A stretch of DNA of 64,000 nucleotides from Callorhinchus milii (taxonomy: Eukaryota). Positions 51,227 through 64,000 of this stretch are shown here, one piece after another. Position 1 is the first letter of the stretch. Each line of letters opens with the position of its first letter. The notes below the pieces were generated by a model, which had not been told where the DNA came from, did no database searches, and was given only the letters and a program-made list of their open reading frames with translations. The translations under genes were made by a program, and so were the position numbers. The stretch is taken from NCBI RefSeq assembly GCF_018977255.1, contig NW_024704743.1:90026001-90090000 (forward strand), in the 5' to 3' direction.

Positions 51227-52394
51227 CTTCAGAAAAGCACAGCAAAACAAATGAAATGTTAGCATGCACACAATAATGGCTTCATAGCAACAACATTTTA
51301 AGGGTGAGATGATGTTGCACTGCACATTTCTGTGGTGCTATACAGGCTAAAGATCGAAGTTTGGCACAGTTGGTCAAAAATGATCAATAGCCTATGTGGT
51401 AGCAAGACCCCAATGGTGTCAATGCTAACACCTCGAGTTTGGTTGTCCTAGACATGAAATGGCATCCTCTGGACAAATGAGAAAGCAGCCACATTGCTTG
51501 ACCTGGGATCTTCATTGTCAGAGTGCACATTAACAGCACTGATCATCAGGTTCCTACTGCTGGAACAGATGGAAGATTTGAGATGGTTGAAAAGGGTTGT
51601 GTGTCAGAGGTCAGTTACCAGATGGATCTGAGATGAACTACGAAGGGAACTAAACATTCAAACATAAAACTTGCTATACATTGGAGGCAAAGGGATAAAC
51701 CAAAAAGCTGCTAACAGAATCATAAAATATAACCACAACATTCACTCATCTGGAACCTTGGCTCAGTTTTGGCTGTGTTGGTTGAATGGCATGAGTTAAG
51801 GCAAGCCTGTGTTTCATACCGGAATACTTATTAATTTTTATAAATTTAGAAGCCAGACATTGCACATTGCCTTGCAGCAGCCATGGCATGTGATATATCA
51901 GGCCAGTTTGGTTCAAGGTTTACTCATCACAAATCGTACCACCCATTATTATCGTCTCCTCTTGACCCCCAAAATAATAAAGCCACATTTATTTTGAAAT
52001 TGGTAATGCAAATGGGAATTTTCCCTCCAGGCCTGAAGCCTGTGCCTTCACACCCCATTAAATGGAGGGAAACTTCCTATTTGCACACCAACTGGTCATC
52101 ATTTATCACCAAATTATTGATGGAGCTAACAAAATAACAGACAGTTGCAATGTGCCAAAAATAGGAGTGAAACCTGAGATATGACCATGATCATTATTTA
52201 AGGACATTTAAAGAAAAATATTGAAACTCAATTTAACTGCCTTAAAAATAGTTGCATAAAATCACTGTGTTGCATCATTAGCTTTGATTGTCAGTTTAAG
52301 TGGTTAGCAGTTAATTGACACTGGCACTGCACTATTTTCCTTTAACTATGATGACACAGCCCCTTTAAATGGTAACTACTAATTATAAATGTAC

Positions 52395-52463
52395 CTTTCT
52401 GGATAATAGACAGTGCCATTGTGATAGCAAGCATTGGGCACTCTCCTCTGCTGTCTAATCCGC
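52395..52463 (-). CDS. RIMS2: Probable RIMS2 cassette exon (69 nt, phase 2/2): RIRQQRRVPNACYHNGTVYYPE
   Basis: ttttctttgtctgtacttcatcatcag acceptor, AAG|gtacat donor, frame-preserving and stop-free. Confidence 0.65.
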
Positions 52464-54242
52464 CTGATGATGAAGTACAGACAAAGAAAATAACAATGCA
52501 CCAACAACATACATATAAACATAAAAAATATAAAGCAACAAAAAACAATGAGTCAGCACAACAAAGTGAGGTGTAATTTCATCTTTCACACAATAAAATA
52601 AACTAATACATCCCCTTAACATTTTTTCACACACAAACACAAAAACTGTTTCCCAAATGTCATAAAATGCTGAGCAAACATCAAAGTGTTTGACAGTTTA
52701 GGATTAAACAGCTAATTCTCCCACTTACACACGGCAACACAATTTTCCTCCTTCACCATTAGTTCCTGGTCTATTCCCACTGGTTTCATGCATAAAACAA
52801 TGGTGATCACTTACTGGCTTAAGCTCATCATTTCACCACTTGTCGTGTTCAATGTGTACAGAGGTTTCTGACTTCTCCACACTCACTATAATAATTGTCC
52901 TCATCAAGGGCATCAATTTTAACTTTTTTTCTTACAGAGCTTCATGATGGGGCAGTTCGTCAAAGCACCAAGAAGTGCACTTGACCAAAAGAAGGCAAGG
53001 AGGCTGAAATCGGAGGACCATTCTCCCTTGGGCTGCTCTGGTGTAAAGGTTGACATGATCACTGGCAGCTGGAAAGCCTAGAAGCAGACATTGTGCCTGT
53101 CTTTTTGGCTGGGAACGATGGTCTGAAAATTATGACATTTTATGTAATATATTAACATAACTGTGAGTAATAAACACATGGCTTCAAAAGGAGGGGTTGA
53201 TTACTGACTGATCTGCCCATGTGCTAGAGGCAGTTCACAACAGTCGTGCCCTTAACTAACCATTGGATTGCTGGAGAGTTAGTGATCAGTACAGTCAGCA
53301 TTACTCTGATTTTGCTGTTGAGTTAAGGTAGCAATCCAATATTGTCATTTACAAGCTGGAGGTCAAATGCATATCCAGCTTTTGGGAGCAACTATTATTT
53401 ACGCTCAGTCCGATGGCACTGTTAATAGCACCCCCAATGCAACATAATAATGACAAACTATGCCAACACTCTCAAAATATACATTTCTTTATGTACTTAT
53501 GGATCTGCTATTTTGACTGGACAAAGATTCAAAACAGCCTTTGAAGCATTTTCCATCATCTTCTTTGGAAGTCTTGGAACAAGGGCACAAAGACTGATAG
53601 AATACATGTAGCAATTACTCAACACGTAGCATGTTCCAAGCCATGTGTATAGTCGCACAATAAGCACATTGGAAATATATTGAATATATTCAAACAGAAT
53701 ATTTCAGTGGTTTTAAACTAATGTTAAAAGGCAATGCAGAACACTCTCTTCTCTACTCTCCCCCACCAGAAAAACGTGTCCATAAAGCAACTTCTCAATT
53801 TTAAACACAAATATATACGAGACAGTTGCTCAAGGAACAAATGCACAAACTGTTATGACAATATAAGGCTGGACAGGAGGACAGCATGATGCTATTTTTT
53901 TTAAAAAAAGGCATTTTAACAGGAGTGTGACAATGGAACAAATTAAAGTAATGCAGACTAACGTGGAGGGCTGTAACATGGGATTTTTCCCCCTTTTAAA
54001 TGGACCAATTTATTTTCATTTATCAGATTGTTAGTATCCAATAAAAGTTCTTTACTGACAGTTAACAAGAATGAATTGACTTTACAAACTCATTTGTAAT
54101 CGTCATGCCATGAATTGTCACTTAAATACTATTCCTGTTGGCAGCCTGCTGCCACCCGAAAAGGAGTTAAGGTCATTAGTCCAATGATAAGCGAGTAGGA
54201 GATGGTGAATACGACTTTCACTTGTAAAACACTTAACAGTAC

Positions 54243-54353
54243 CTCTCAAGGTCATTGTAAGCACCCTCAGAGATTGTACGGCTCAGCTTTTGGGACCGAA
54301 GTAATCGTATTGCATCTTCCCGATAGATGGGATAAAATACATGGTTCATGCTG
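54243..54353 (-). CDS. RIMS2: Probable RIMS2 cassette exon (111 nt, phase 2/2): SMNHVFYPIYREDAIRLLRSQKLSRTISEGAYNDLE
   Basis: Long U-rich tract plus tagCAG tandem acceptor, GAG|gtactg donor, stop-free in the required phase. Confidence 0.78.
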
Positions 54354-55996
54354 CTAAAAAATGAAACAAAAATCAACACAGGCAACATAAAAAGGGAAAC
54401 ATGGAGGCGAATAAGGAAATGGGAACAAATGGTAAAACAGTACAGATGATCTGAGAAAACACAGTCTGGTAAAGTATTAAAGTATTACATTTCTCTATGT
54501 TCCTATTAAACTACAGACTCCATCCTCTTGTTTCAGGACTTTGTATTATGCCTTTGAACTTGGGAGCAAAATGCTAAAAGGTACCAGACTGGAATCATCA
54601 CTGAATGACCCCAGTGAAAAATATGCTTTAGTGAATTGAGGTCAATGGGATATAGCTCAAAGACTACCATACCTTGACCTCGCACACTAGTTACAGCCTG
54701 CCCTGTGTTGCTAAAATGAGTTTATGTTTATCAAATAATTGTTAATCAACCGATGAGAGTAACACAGCAAATACTGAGCCCAGTTTCCAGTCACCAAAGG
54801 AAATAATTTCTTCTCATTGTAAACTCTCCAATATTGCCCTGATTCAACTAACTGCTTTAAAACTATATATCTTTGGTCAGGCCCAAACCAATAGCTCTGA
54901 GATGCCAAGATTTACCTATTGCAATCTGAGAGCAGAAATGCAAAACCGTGGATTGTTTAAAATTGATGTCTAACCATCTGTGGGTAGGAAATCAGTTCAG
55001 GGACCAGCACTACTTCATTCATTAAACCCACACAGCACGTCGAGTTGTGATGATTGACACAATCAAACTTCCATTTCCCTTGAGCAACCATAGGTTTTCC
55101 TCTTTGCATATCTTTCCTCGCCATGAGTATCATCTTAGAAATAACAGATACCTGGGAATGTATCTAGGACCTCACAGGCGATCTGGAAATGTTTACACAG
55201 AGAACCATGGATGGAAGTTGCAATTATAATGAATATATTGAGAATATTCAACACATGTGTGTCATCATCTGGAAAATATTGACACCTGAAGCTGGAAAGA
55301 TTACCTACTTTCATACAAGAGGGCCCAGGTACATTGTGTGAAAGACAACTTTAGGAATCGCTTCAGAAGTATTTCTATACACAGCAGCTTAGAATAGTTT
55401 ACCATAAAAGGTTAGAGGATAGGGCATGGATCCATTTAAAGAGATGTCTTGAAATTGTAGTTGAAAGAAAGTAGGAATGTTCATCCGGAAAGATGTGACC
55501 AATGGGCCAACGGACCTTCTTTATCCATATCTCTTGTGATCTTGCAATATCAGAGACCCAGTAGTTGGTCAAGGTGTGTGGCAAGAGGCATGAACTACAG
55601 AAGTGCAACATGGTCTTCAAGCACACAGATGATCACAGAAAAGGATAAGTAGTTGGGATTTTATTGCAGTTTATCACCACAACTGAACCATGAGATAGGA
55701 TTATTCACTTTAACTCACACCAAAATATCTCCTGTTGTTTTTAAATACAGTATACATCATGGGTGTATTTTTATTTCCACTTTGGGTCTGTGTTTGTGCT
55801 AGCACAAACTGTCAGTCCCTGAGACACCTGCCAGCAAATTGAAACGTTCAAACTGAAGGATTAATGACCAGGACATTATTGCTCAATTCAGTGAGAAATA
55901 ATTGTGCTCAATTCATGGGGACAGCTTGCAGGTAGTGCACTTTATAAAGGATTTGAAAATATTACGCAAGAGTAATTTGAAGATGCTTCCAATTGT

Positions 55997-56074
55997 GGGA
56001 GGGGGGGATAGAGAGAGAGAGAGAGAGGGAGAGGATGGGAAGAGAGTGAGAGAGGGAGGGGGGAGAGAGAGGAA
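55997..56074 (+). repeat. GA-rich polypurine tract
   Basis: (GA)n and G runs, seen directly. Confidence 0.85.
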
Positions 56075-57214
56075 TGCTCCAATAACCCACTAACTATTAT
56101 AATGAGAAATTTCCCAATGAGAGGGAAATAATTACAGCAATTAAAGGACTAGCTCCGTACATGACATGTTTATCTGTGCTTTCTTGACATGCTTCATCCG
56201 GACACTTTTCCCCGAAAAAAATGGCTCTCAAGCCCAGCAGAGCATTCTGACAAAACATTCCCAAAATGACATCCAGTCTGAGGAGACGAGAAATTTCTCC
56301 TGCTTATCAGAGGCTAACTGCCATACTATTATTTACGCTAGGTAAATGCTTCTCATTAACTGTAACGGGGCAGAAAATATTGGGATTTGTCACTTGCGAT
56401 TGTAAAAGAGAAGACTGCAATACACACTGGCATCTCAGGAAGAAATGCTGAAGGCCTTTCTCAGGAATGTTTATGAACAGCTGGTAAGGTTTTTGTTTGA
56501 TCTTCACTATTTATTATATAATTGGGCAGAGACCTCAAGACATGAATTTATACACGTGTTGTTTGTACTATTCTTAACACCTTAATAAAATCAAGCACAA
56601 GTTACAGAAAGAAGAACAAGACTCAAAGCAGCCTGGGAGCTGGATAAAACAAAGAGAAACAAATCAAAATAAGAGAGGAATCTAAAACAGCAATAGATAG
56701 TAAGAATATTTTAAAGTAACAGTAAAGTACGTACATGTGAGAGTTTGGTGCTCGTTACACCTCTATTTATCCACAAATTTAAATTGTTACCAATTTAAAA
56801 TTCAGTGGTTCTCTATTATATTAATAATTTCTGTATTACCTGGGAAATATCTTTACATCTAATAACCAAATATCTTTTTCATATTTTCACACATCATATA
56901 TATAAAAATATGAAAATGTCAAATATAAATGAAAGTACGAGACACATGTTTTTGCAGAGGTCAATTTTTACCCATTTAAGATCTTTAAGCCAGTTATACT
57001 GCAGAGTATACTGCTTTTGTTATATAACTGCAGTTTAAAAAATGCTGTTCAGCATAAGAGAGATTGCTATGGACCAGCTGTAGTACAACTGCAGGTGATG
57101 CAGAACCAACATTTATAGTTGAAATTCAAAAGTTATAATATTCTCAGGCAATATATTATACTGGATTTCCCTTAAGATTTGAATTATCCCAGCCCACTCT
57201 TCATTAACATTAAA

Positions 57215-57620
57215 AAATCCTCAGCGTGTGAAGGGCAGTTAGGAGAGCGCTGTGCACATACAACACTTTGTTTTGGTTAAATGTTGCTAAGGGAAGAGTG
57301 CAATGCTGAGCCAGCAGTCTAACCCTATGCTGTTTGACATTTCCCATGACAAAAGACGTAGCAGAGAAGCTCATTAGTTTTAACAGTCAGCATAAATTAA
57401 ACTGGCACATGTTATAACTGCTCCATTTGTCATTTCTCCACTAACTGGTCAGCTTCATTTGTTGTATATAGTCATCAAACCAAATTTCTGCCCAGGCACA
57501 TCTGCTTTTGTAATGGAGTGGATGATTGACATGCTGCAGGCAATTTAGTAGCCTCCACTTTTCAATACCTGTAATGAAGCCAATTTATGATTTGTAATAT
57601 TACAATTTATGGCGAGTATA
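57215..57620. promoter_or_regulatory. Candidate conserved non-coding element or enhancer
   Basis: Repeat-free block with clustered TGATTGAC, TGACA, TTTATGA/TTTATGG, CATAAA, TAAT and CATCTG motifs. Conservation not tested. Confidence 0.3.
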
Positions 57621-58809
57621 ACTGAATTTTACTTTTATTTCAATTTTAATTCTGGAAATTAATGAACTTTATGCTGAAAAAACTCTCAAATAAAATACAA
57701 CATTACAACTGTTAGGGGAGAAAACGTTGACAGAACAACTTAGCACAGAAAAAGTGATGATAGCTGAAGTACCCATGGAATAATTGACTACATTTCTTAT
57801 TCAATATTTCATTGTCAGAGTTGGTACTTCCTCCAACTCAGTTCCCCGATTCATATCACTAGAGTTCACTGTTCAAAGAAGAGCAGTAAAAGAAAGTCAG
57901 TAGAAATAGATGAACACAGGAGGGAAAATTAATCGCAATTTTACAAAAAATTTTTGCAAGTAATACCAGTGATAACATTCTCTCTTTATGAAGTGAAAAC
58001 TGAGCAACTTGAAACGGTCTCCACAAGAAAAGTTGAACCCATTGTACAGATTGTTTGTTGCCAATACAAAAGATCACATTTTATCATTCATTATACGAGT
58101 ACATTACACCACACACTTTCAAAAGTTTGCTTCAAATTATTCTACTCAACATCAGGAATTCTCCACGAGGGTTCGTCAAAACTTTAAACAGATAATTCCC
58201 ACAAGCAAACATTGGAACCATTTATAATATTTTCAAGCATTGGGGGTTAAAAAAGCCTTCATGAAGGAAATGGCAGACTGAATGGTGCTTTCTGATGGGA
58301 GAAGTGCCTCAAGATGTAAAGTGCTTCTCCTGTGGATCCTTGTATGTCATGTAGTCCCCCAGGAACTCATCTCCAATGAGATTTCGGGTCATAACAGAAT
58401 ACATGTGATTACCTGGAGAAGATATACTTTGCATCCGAAGTTACTTTTTTCTCGCACCAAACACCATATATGCTGCAGTTTTTCCAATGACTGTTTTTTA
58501 ACTTCCCATAAGAAAGTGAGAGATAAATGCCGAATGAAGTCAGATTTAGGGCTGAGTACCTTGAAAACTAATTGTAATCTACTTCAAATTGAAACAATTT
58601 GCATCTTTGGAAAGACCTGATTTATGGGGCAGGTAAGATTCAGATGTACTTTGGTTGGGACTTTATTTTTTTTAAACTTTACCTGCATATATCTGAGACT
58701 AATTTTTATTGCACTGAAACTTTCCACAACGAAAGAAGCTGATATTCCTGTTTGCATTCCTTATCATCCTCCTGTTGTTTAGTGGTTTGTGATGGGATTT
58801 TATTATAGT

Positions 58810-58924
58810 TTATTTTATTTTGCCCACAAAATATAGTCAATTCACTTTATAGTATATTCTGTGAAGCGCTTTGAGATGTCTCGAAGATGTTATAAAGCGC
58901 TATATCAAATGCAAGGATTATTAT
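58810..58924 (+). mobile_element. SINE 3' fragment
   Basis: gcccacaaaatatagtcaattcact...atcaaatgcaaggattatta. Confidence 0.82.
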
Positions 58925-59640
58925 AGTTTGCAGGAGAATGCCGTATGTACTAATCTCCAAGCAACTGAAGACTAAAAATTCCACACCACCTTAGTCCAAT
59001 TTATCATTGTGCAGAAATGTAGAAAATGCTCAATGTAGTATTAATTCAGAAGTATTTATTTTTAAGAATTACAGAAAAACAACTTCCACGTTAAGATGCA
59101 ATCAAAGAATTTTTCACAGTTATGTTCAACCTCATATTTTAAAACACAATGATCTTAACAGGCTCTCACTGTGTGGAATTTCAGGCCTCAAGTGTCTGGG
59201 GGTGAAAATGTGAAATTCAATAGGGTGATTATTAAAAGTGATATTGTTATGTGGTCAAAAATTCCATCCCTGTTGATGTCTCAGTCTGCTCCAAATTCCC
59301 CCTTTGTCAAAATGTGTGAGCCCCAAGCCATTGAGCCATCCTGCATTTCAGTGACACTTCATGGAATATCAATTTCATAAGTTCTCAAACCCAATTCTAG
59401 CCTGAACCTGGAAGACTATTTGTCTTAAAGTATAAAATGGTGTAGAAGTGTGTAGAATTGTTAATTTCAGTCTTAATTTGAAACCTGTTTTTCTGCAGTT
59501 CCTCGAAATTGAGACTGAAGAATTTATGAATTCTCCACAACACAGTCTAAGGGCAGGTGGAATTTCAGCCCTTGGAGCCCCAAGATGCTGTCTTTGTGAC
59601 AAGTATGGTTCTGAGTCCCTGCCAATGGTATAACTGGAAG

Positions 59641-60945
59641 AACATTCATAGAATCATACAGCACAGAAGGAGGCCATTTGCCCCATCATGTCTGTGCCGG
59701 CTCTTTGTGAAGAGCTACTCAAATTAAACCCCCTTTCCCTATAGCTCTGCAAACTTGTCCTCTGCAAATAATTATCTACTTCTCTCTTAAAAGTTGTTAT
59801 CGAATCGGCTTCCACCACCCTTTCAGGCTATGCATTCCAGATCCTAACAATTTGTTGTATGAAAACATTTCTCCTCACGTCCTCTCTGTTTCTTTTAACA
59901 ACCATTTTAAATCGGTGTCCTCAGGTTACCGACCCACCCAGTGGAAATAGTTTCTCCTTGTTCACCCTGTCAAATCCCCTCATAATTTTGAAAACTTCTA
60001 TTCAGTCTTCTCTTAACCTTCTCTGCTCCAAAGAGAATAATCCTAGCTTCTCTAGCCTCTCCTCATAACTGAAGTCCCTCATTCCTGGTACCATCCTGGT
60101 AAATCTCCTTTGCACCCTCTCCAATGCCTTGACATCCTTCCTAAAGTGTGGGGACCAGAACTGAACACAGTCTCCAGCTGAGGCCGAACCAGTGGTTTAT
60201 AAAGGTTCATCATAACTTCCTAACTTTTGTATTCTATGCCCCTATTTATAAAGCCTTGTATCCCGTATGCTTTTTTAACAGCTGTATCTACCTGTTCTGC
60301 CACTTTCAAACATTTACTTATATGAGCCCTCAGGTCTCTCTGTTCCTTCACCCCCTTCAAGATTCTGCCATCAGCTTATATGGCCTCTCCTCAATCTTCC
60401 TCCCAAAATGCATCACTTCACATTTCTCCACATTAAACTTCATCTGCCACGTCTCTGCCCATTTTACCAGTCGGTCTATGTCCTCTTGCAGTCTGATACT
60501 ATCCTCCTCACTGTTTATTACTTTTCCCAGCTTAGTATCATCTGAAAACTTGACAATTGTACTCCCTATACTCAAATCCAGGTCATTTAAATAGATCAAA
60601 AACAGCAATGGTCCCAATGCCCTGGAGGACACCACTGCACATTTCCCTCCAGTCAGAAAACAACCATTCACCACCACTCTCTCCTTTTTGTATCCCAGCC
60701 AGTTCTGTATCCATGCTGCCACTGTCCCTTTAATACCGTGGGCTTCTATTTTGCTTACAAGTCTCTTATGTGGCACTTTATCAAATGCCTTTTGAAAATC
60801 CATATAAACTACATCAACTGCACTACCTTCATCCACTCTCTCCGTTACTTCATCAAAAAACTCTTTCAGGTTTGTTAGTCACAATTTGCCATTAACAAAT
60901 CCATGTTGCCTGTCCTTTATCAACCCATATTTTTCTAAGTGAAAA
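59641..60945 (-). mobile_element. CR1 LINE, RT region to 3' end
   Basis: ORF 60357-60836: VDVVYMDFQKAFDKVPHKRL...LGPLLFLIYLNDL...KFSDDTKLG...WQMKFNVEKC; tail with TTCTATGA-type repeats. Confidence 0.95.
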
Positions 60946-61356
60946 CACTGAAGACTTAACAACAAACCTAATGGAAAATGTCTCTGAGGTGCTGGTGGTG
61001 AGTTCAGTGGGGAGCATGTATTAAGGTTACTGGAGAATTTGTGTCTGACTTGAGCCTCTTATCATTCTAGGGTGTAGTGGATGTCTGAGATTTTGGTAGT
61101 TTGTCTCACAATGAATCTGTGGCGGTAAATTCAGAAGAGCATTGTAACCCTGACAGTGCAGTGGAATTTGTTTCTCCTTTTTGGCAGTCGCCAAACTTGG
61201 ACTTGAATCTGGAAGAACCAAAGTCTGGAGTCTCTGAATCTGAAATCCGACTTTACCCAGGTGCTCATCCCTCATTGTAGCTCCTAACATGCACACATAG
61301 TCACACAACCTCACACAACAAAAACCACACAGCAGCATACTCATATAACAGTATAC

Positions 61357-61422
61357 CTGGATTCCTTGTGATGATGTTCGATGGCATGACTTTGTCTGGA
61401 TCGAGGTAGTGTGAGATACTGA
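61357..61422 (-). CDS. RIMS2: RIMS2 cassette exon (66 nt, phase 2/2): QYLTLPRSRQSHAIEHHHKES
   Basis: gctgcag acceptor, AG|gtatac donor, open frame. Resembles the mammalian alternative exon SHFLTLPRSR..TIDHHHRDG (recalled). Confidence 0.88.
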
Positions 61423-63464
61423 CTGCAGCGATGTGAGGGTAATGGAAATTACAAATGTATGGCATTTGAAGAAAGGGGGATAGAGGTCAGCATCACCAGG
61501 GAGCAGAAAAGAGAAGAAATGGAGAGAAATATGATGAATAGCGTGTGTGATATTGGTTATTGTCTCTAATTCATAGAAAAGAGGAGCTTGAATACTGCAG
61601 AACAAGATATTAGGGAAAGCAATCTAGCAGCTTGGAACAATTAGTTCTTTACGACGAAAGTTCATTTTGGTGAGGAATGAATCTTGTCTTATTGTACATT
61701 ACATGACTGACCCAGCATCCTCACTCTATAAATAACAGGGGAGGCATTTTACATCAACCAAGGCAGATTATGAGTGCCCTGCTTCAAATTACCACTGTGG
61801 CCACCATGTCCAACAAACCTGAAGCACAGCTACTATAATCTTCCGAGAGAAGCATAACTTCTGTAAATCCTAGGAAGTGTTTCAAACATAGAATTGATAT
61901 AAGTGACAGCACCAACCCAATAAACATCATCTTACACATATTCAAGCGCAGCAAAGACCACTCTGCAGGAATCTGCCTATTACGGGCTGATATTGAGGGG
62001 GGGAGATAAATGACTGACATTTATTTGATAATTTATTACTTTCTCTCTGTGGCATTCTCATGCCATGCACCTTTCCCCATTGATATGATGGATTTTGAGA
62101 GATATTTTCCCAGACAAAATCAATATATCTTGTACAGTCAGTCACAATGGCCTAGGCATTGGCTTCCCCTTTCTTGCTCTGGGAAGCTTCCTGAGCTTTG
62201 CTTGGGACCTGCTCCAATTCTCTCCATGTGAGAATAATAATAAACCTTGCTTGGACACAAAGCTGCATTTCATCACACTGTGGCACTACAAATTAGAGAT
62301 TGGAGGGAAGACAATGGGTTGGTTATGTTACTAAAATATTGGGAGTGTCAATGGGCAAAGCACCAGAAACTAAAGAAGGCACTTTAGTTTGCAATAGGTG
62401 AGATGCAACTGGAGAAATTCAAAGAGTCTTAGAATAAGGGTGGAAAACAGAAATCAGCCGAGGCTTCATCTCAAGGGATGAAAAAGGGCAAAAAAGGGAA
62501 TACTTGGGCCAGTAAAAAGAGTGTCTGCGAGGGGCCCATAGTAACTCCTTGCGCAGCAAATGCTTTTACAACACTAGTAGATTGGAAATGGGCAATTTAG
62601 TCAAATGTTTTAAGAGGAGCAGTAAATCAACCAGCAGCACCTGTCTTGAGAATGCTGACTTTTGCCTAAACTAACAGTATTAATCAATTACTGTTTTGAA
62701 TAATGGTTTGAGAAGGAACACCAAATCCACTATTTTGTGTGCACAGCACCTTCCCTGAACTGGAAAATGACATCTGAAATTGATTACAGAGCACAATTGA
62801 TATTAGCACACCTTTCTGAATCCCTGCAAACAAACAATCATGGCAACAAAACTAAATTCAGTATCTTTCTGCATTAATGATGCTCTAATCTTAAAAAAAC
62901 CCTGAATGATTGAGACATTATAATGAATGCTGAATTCAGTGGTAATCTCAAAATCAAGGCAACAAATGTGGGCATAGACTTTACATCAGTCTGGATTGCC
63001 ACAATTTAAATTTAAATCCTGTATATGATAAAGAGTCAAAGCCATACTTTTTTTATTTCTAAGCAGCTCATCCATTCTATTATTTTATATAAAGTTGCTT
63101 ACCAATAATTAATTGAGAACCAACTGTGACTGCATTTCGACTTCAAAATCATGTATGCTTAACAAGGCTCTTTCAAAACATTCACTCTGAGAATAATGTT
63201 CATCAAGAATTTGTCCTGTGACGGAGCAAATTTCTTTGTTTCTACTTTCTGGTGCTTCATATCACAAATTTATTCACACTTATTTTGAATCGTTCTATGA
63301 AAAATGATCCCTCAGAGGATGGAAGCATGAGCAATGACATCTGTAGGAGGCTACTGGTGTCAACATCTTTAACAGTAACCAAACTCATATTGCAGTGGTT
63401 ATTCATTTAAAGTATTGCAACTAGCTTTCCTCAAAGCAACAAAGAAATAATAATTTCTAATTAC

Positions 63465-63575
63465 CTCTCCCTTTCTGGAGAGTAATGGTCATCCGTCATT
63501 CTGTGTCTCTCCATTCGGCTCATGGTATTGTACTGTATGGAAGTGCGACTGCCTCGAGGACCAGGTTCTGAACTT
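63465..63575 (-). CDS. RIMS2: RIMS2 internal exon (111 nt, phase 2/2): SSEPGPRGSRTSIQYNTMSRMERHRMTDDHYSPERE
   Basis: Flanked by ttttgtag acceptor and AG|gtaatt donor. Resembles mammalian RIM2 ...GHYNTISRMDRHRVMDDHYSPDRD (recalled). Confidence 0.93.
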
Positions 63576-64000
63576 CTACAAAACACAAATCAATACAGTA
63601 GCAATACTAAGAGTGGGCTAATAAACTGGAGTGCAATTTGCAATATTTTGCAAGAACTTTCTTGATAAGAAGCAAGTATTTCCAAAACACCCAGCTGCAT
63701 TCTTCAGCATATTCGACATTTTAGAAGCTTGACCATTACACATATTCTGGTAATAAATACCGCAAATTACACCTCATTACCAAACAAATCCAAAGAATTT
63801 AACATATAATGAGGTGTGAAATTATCCTCTCCAATATGCCTGAATCCTAAATTAATCACTGATGTGAGCTTTGTAGTATTAGAAGAGTGCATACCTCCTC
63901 TCTTTAAACTACATGTTGTTATTACCTCAGGCACATTGGCTAATAATTTCACAAGCATCAGTTTACTGCTTATTTTCAATGCCATTTGTAATGATACAAC

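Noticed and set aside
54916..54925. 10-nt microexon or AG|GT recursive site (similar motifs near 58413 and 58683)
   Set aside because: Such short motifs are expected by chance and give a stop; they cannot be supported without RNA data.
1..64000. CRISPR arrays, operons or other prokaryotic systems
   Set aside because: This is intron-rich vertebrate DNA with no repeat-spacer arrays or long intact ORFs.

Overview
AT-rich vertebrate genomic DNA. The repeat content (tRNA-headed SINEs with L2-type tails, young L2 and CR1 LINEs, a Penelope-type hairpin) suggests a cartilaginous fish, probably a chimaera; this is an inference. The minus strand carries the middle of RIMS2 (RIM2, a presynaptic active-zone scaffold), between the C2A and C2B domains. 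I recognise six exons from remembered mammalian RIM2 sequence, including the RQLPQLP RIM-BP-binding motif. Around them is a large set of additional frame-preserving cassette and micro-exons, two with GC donors and one with a possible TG acceptor. The main surprise is on the plus strand, inside a RIMS2 intron at about 12.8-27 kb: a decayed, spliced, multi-exon gene that the ORF track mostly misses. Its reading frame rejoins exactly across a SINE insertion, its splice phases chain, and its translation gives CARD-like segments and a C-terminal pyrin(PYD)-like death fold. It may be an unannotated, pseudogenised innate-immune or cell-death adaptor. A palindromic Penelope-like insert with a minimal hammerhead ribozyme is also present. 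All homology calls are by-eye comparisons with remembered sequences, no searches were run, and repeat boundaries are approximate.
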